Origin: Takakia lepidozioides
Lineage: Eukaryota; Plantae; Bryophyta
Reading direction: 5' to 3'
Assembly (NCBI GenBank): GCA_030704615.1
Contig: JAKLZA010000145.1
Span: 1 to 21,519 of the forward strand
DNA: 21,519 nt
A model generated the notes under the pieces. It made no database searches. It saw nothing but the letters and a program-made list of their open reading frames with translations, and had not been told where the DNA came from. Position numbers and translations under genes: made by a program. This document shows positions 20,951-21,519 of the stretch, one piece after another (position 1 is the first letter of the stretch; each line of letters opens with the position of its first letter).

Positions 20951-21519
20951 CCCCCTCCGCAGCCCGTGACTGCTCTCTCGCCGGGGATTTGCATGTGCTT
21001 AGTTTTCTTTTTCTTTGCGGGGGGAGGGGCCTACTGCATGTGCATGATGAACACCTCCATTGCCGGATCTGCTGTCCTCATGTCCTCACGCCCTTCACCT
21101 GCCATGTGCTGCCTTGCACCAACCTCCCCAATGCCTACTCTGTCGTAATCTCGTTGCAAGTCCTCCCGTCCACCAACAAAAGGTTTAAGTTTGCCCTCTC
21201 GCCCAAGTTGGGCGATTCAAACATGCGATGAGTGGGAGCTGTCGATGATACCACCAGCGTGCCGGGTCGTCGTCACTCTGTCATTGACAAAAATCGTGAA
21301 AACCAACATCGGTGCAAAAAGCAGCATCGCAACGAGCAGCGCAACACACCATAGCAACAATCATGTAGCAAAAATGAAAACAAACAAGTTTAGGAGTATG
21401 GAGAGCATGCAACACACAATAAAACAAATGCAACAATGCCTAAGAATGACGATGCACAAGCAGCCTTCTCCAGAGCTGCCGGATTTGCACACGCATTGCA
21501 AACAATCTAAGGTTCACTC

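Larger units (their letters stand above)
15150..21519. mobile_element. Second element of the same type (element B), abutting or inserted in the Gypsy RT; right part outside window
   Basis: Contains a paralog of gene A in the same orientation and begins where RT homology ends. Its transposase is not in the window; it is predicted to lie to the right. Confidence 0.5.

Noticed and set aside
20950-21519. Possible additional 5' exons or promoter of gene B
   Set aside because: No confident splice model or homology to gene A could be established by eye.

Overview
Eukaryotic nested-transposon region, most likely from a land plant (possibly a seed-free lineage; taxon is inferred). GT-AG introns are present throughout. 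From left to right: (1) a Mutator/MULE-like DNA transposon (1 to ~9950). It carries a GCM-like zinc-domain + DDE transposase gene (+, 6596-9870) and a divergently transcribed multi-exon gene (-, <1-~4485). That second gene encodes a ParB/Srx-like domain (DGNHR) fused to a beta-class N4C/N6A DNA-methyltransferase-like fold with an atypical DIPD motif IV. The palindrome AATTTCGGCGCCGAAATT recurs in 4 of its 7 introns and forms a ~63-bp-period array between the two genes. (2) A CACAG-rich simple repeat. (3) A non-chromovirus Ty3/Gypsy LTR retrotransposon (LTR 10220-10849, PBS, extra ORF, gag, protease, RT broken at 15149). (4) A second, diverged ParB-MTase-like gene (-, 15386-~20950) with the same seven intron positions. 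One of its introns holds 8 x ~94-bp double-hairpin repeats built on the same CGGCGCCG core. Main hypothesis: a transposon-encoded ParB-methyltransferase-like protein paired with its own parS-like palindrome arrays, possibly a self-recognition or anti-silencing system analogous to VANDAL/VANC. All assignments are by eye; no searches were run.
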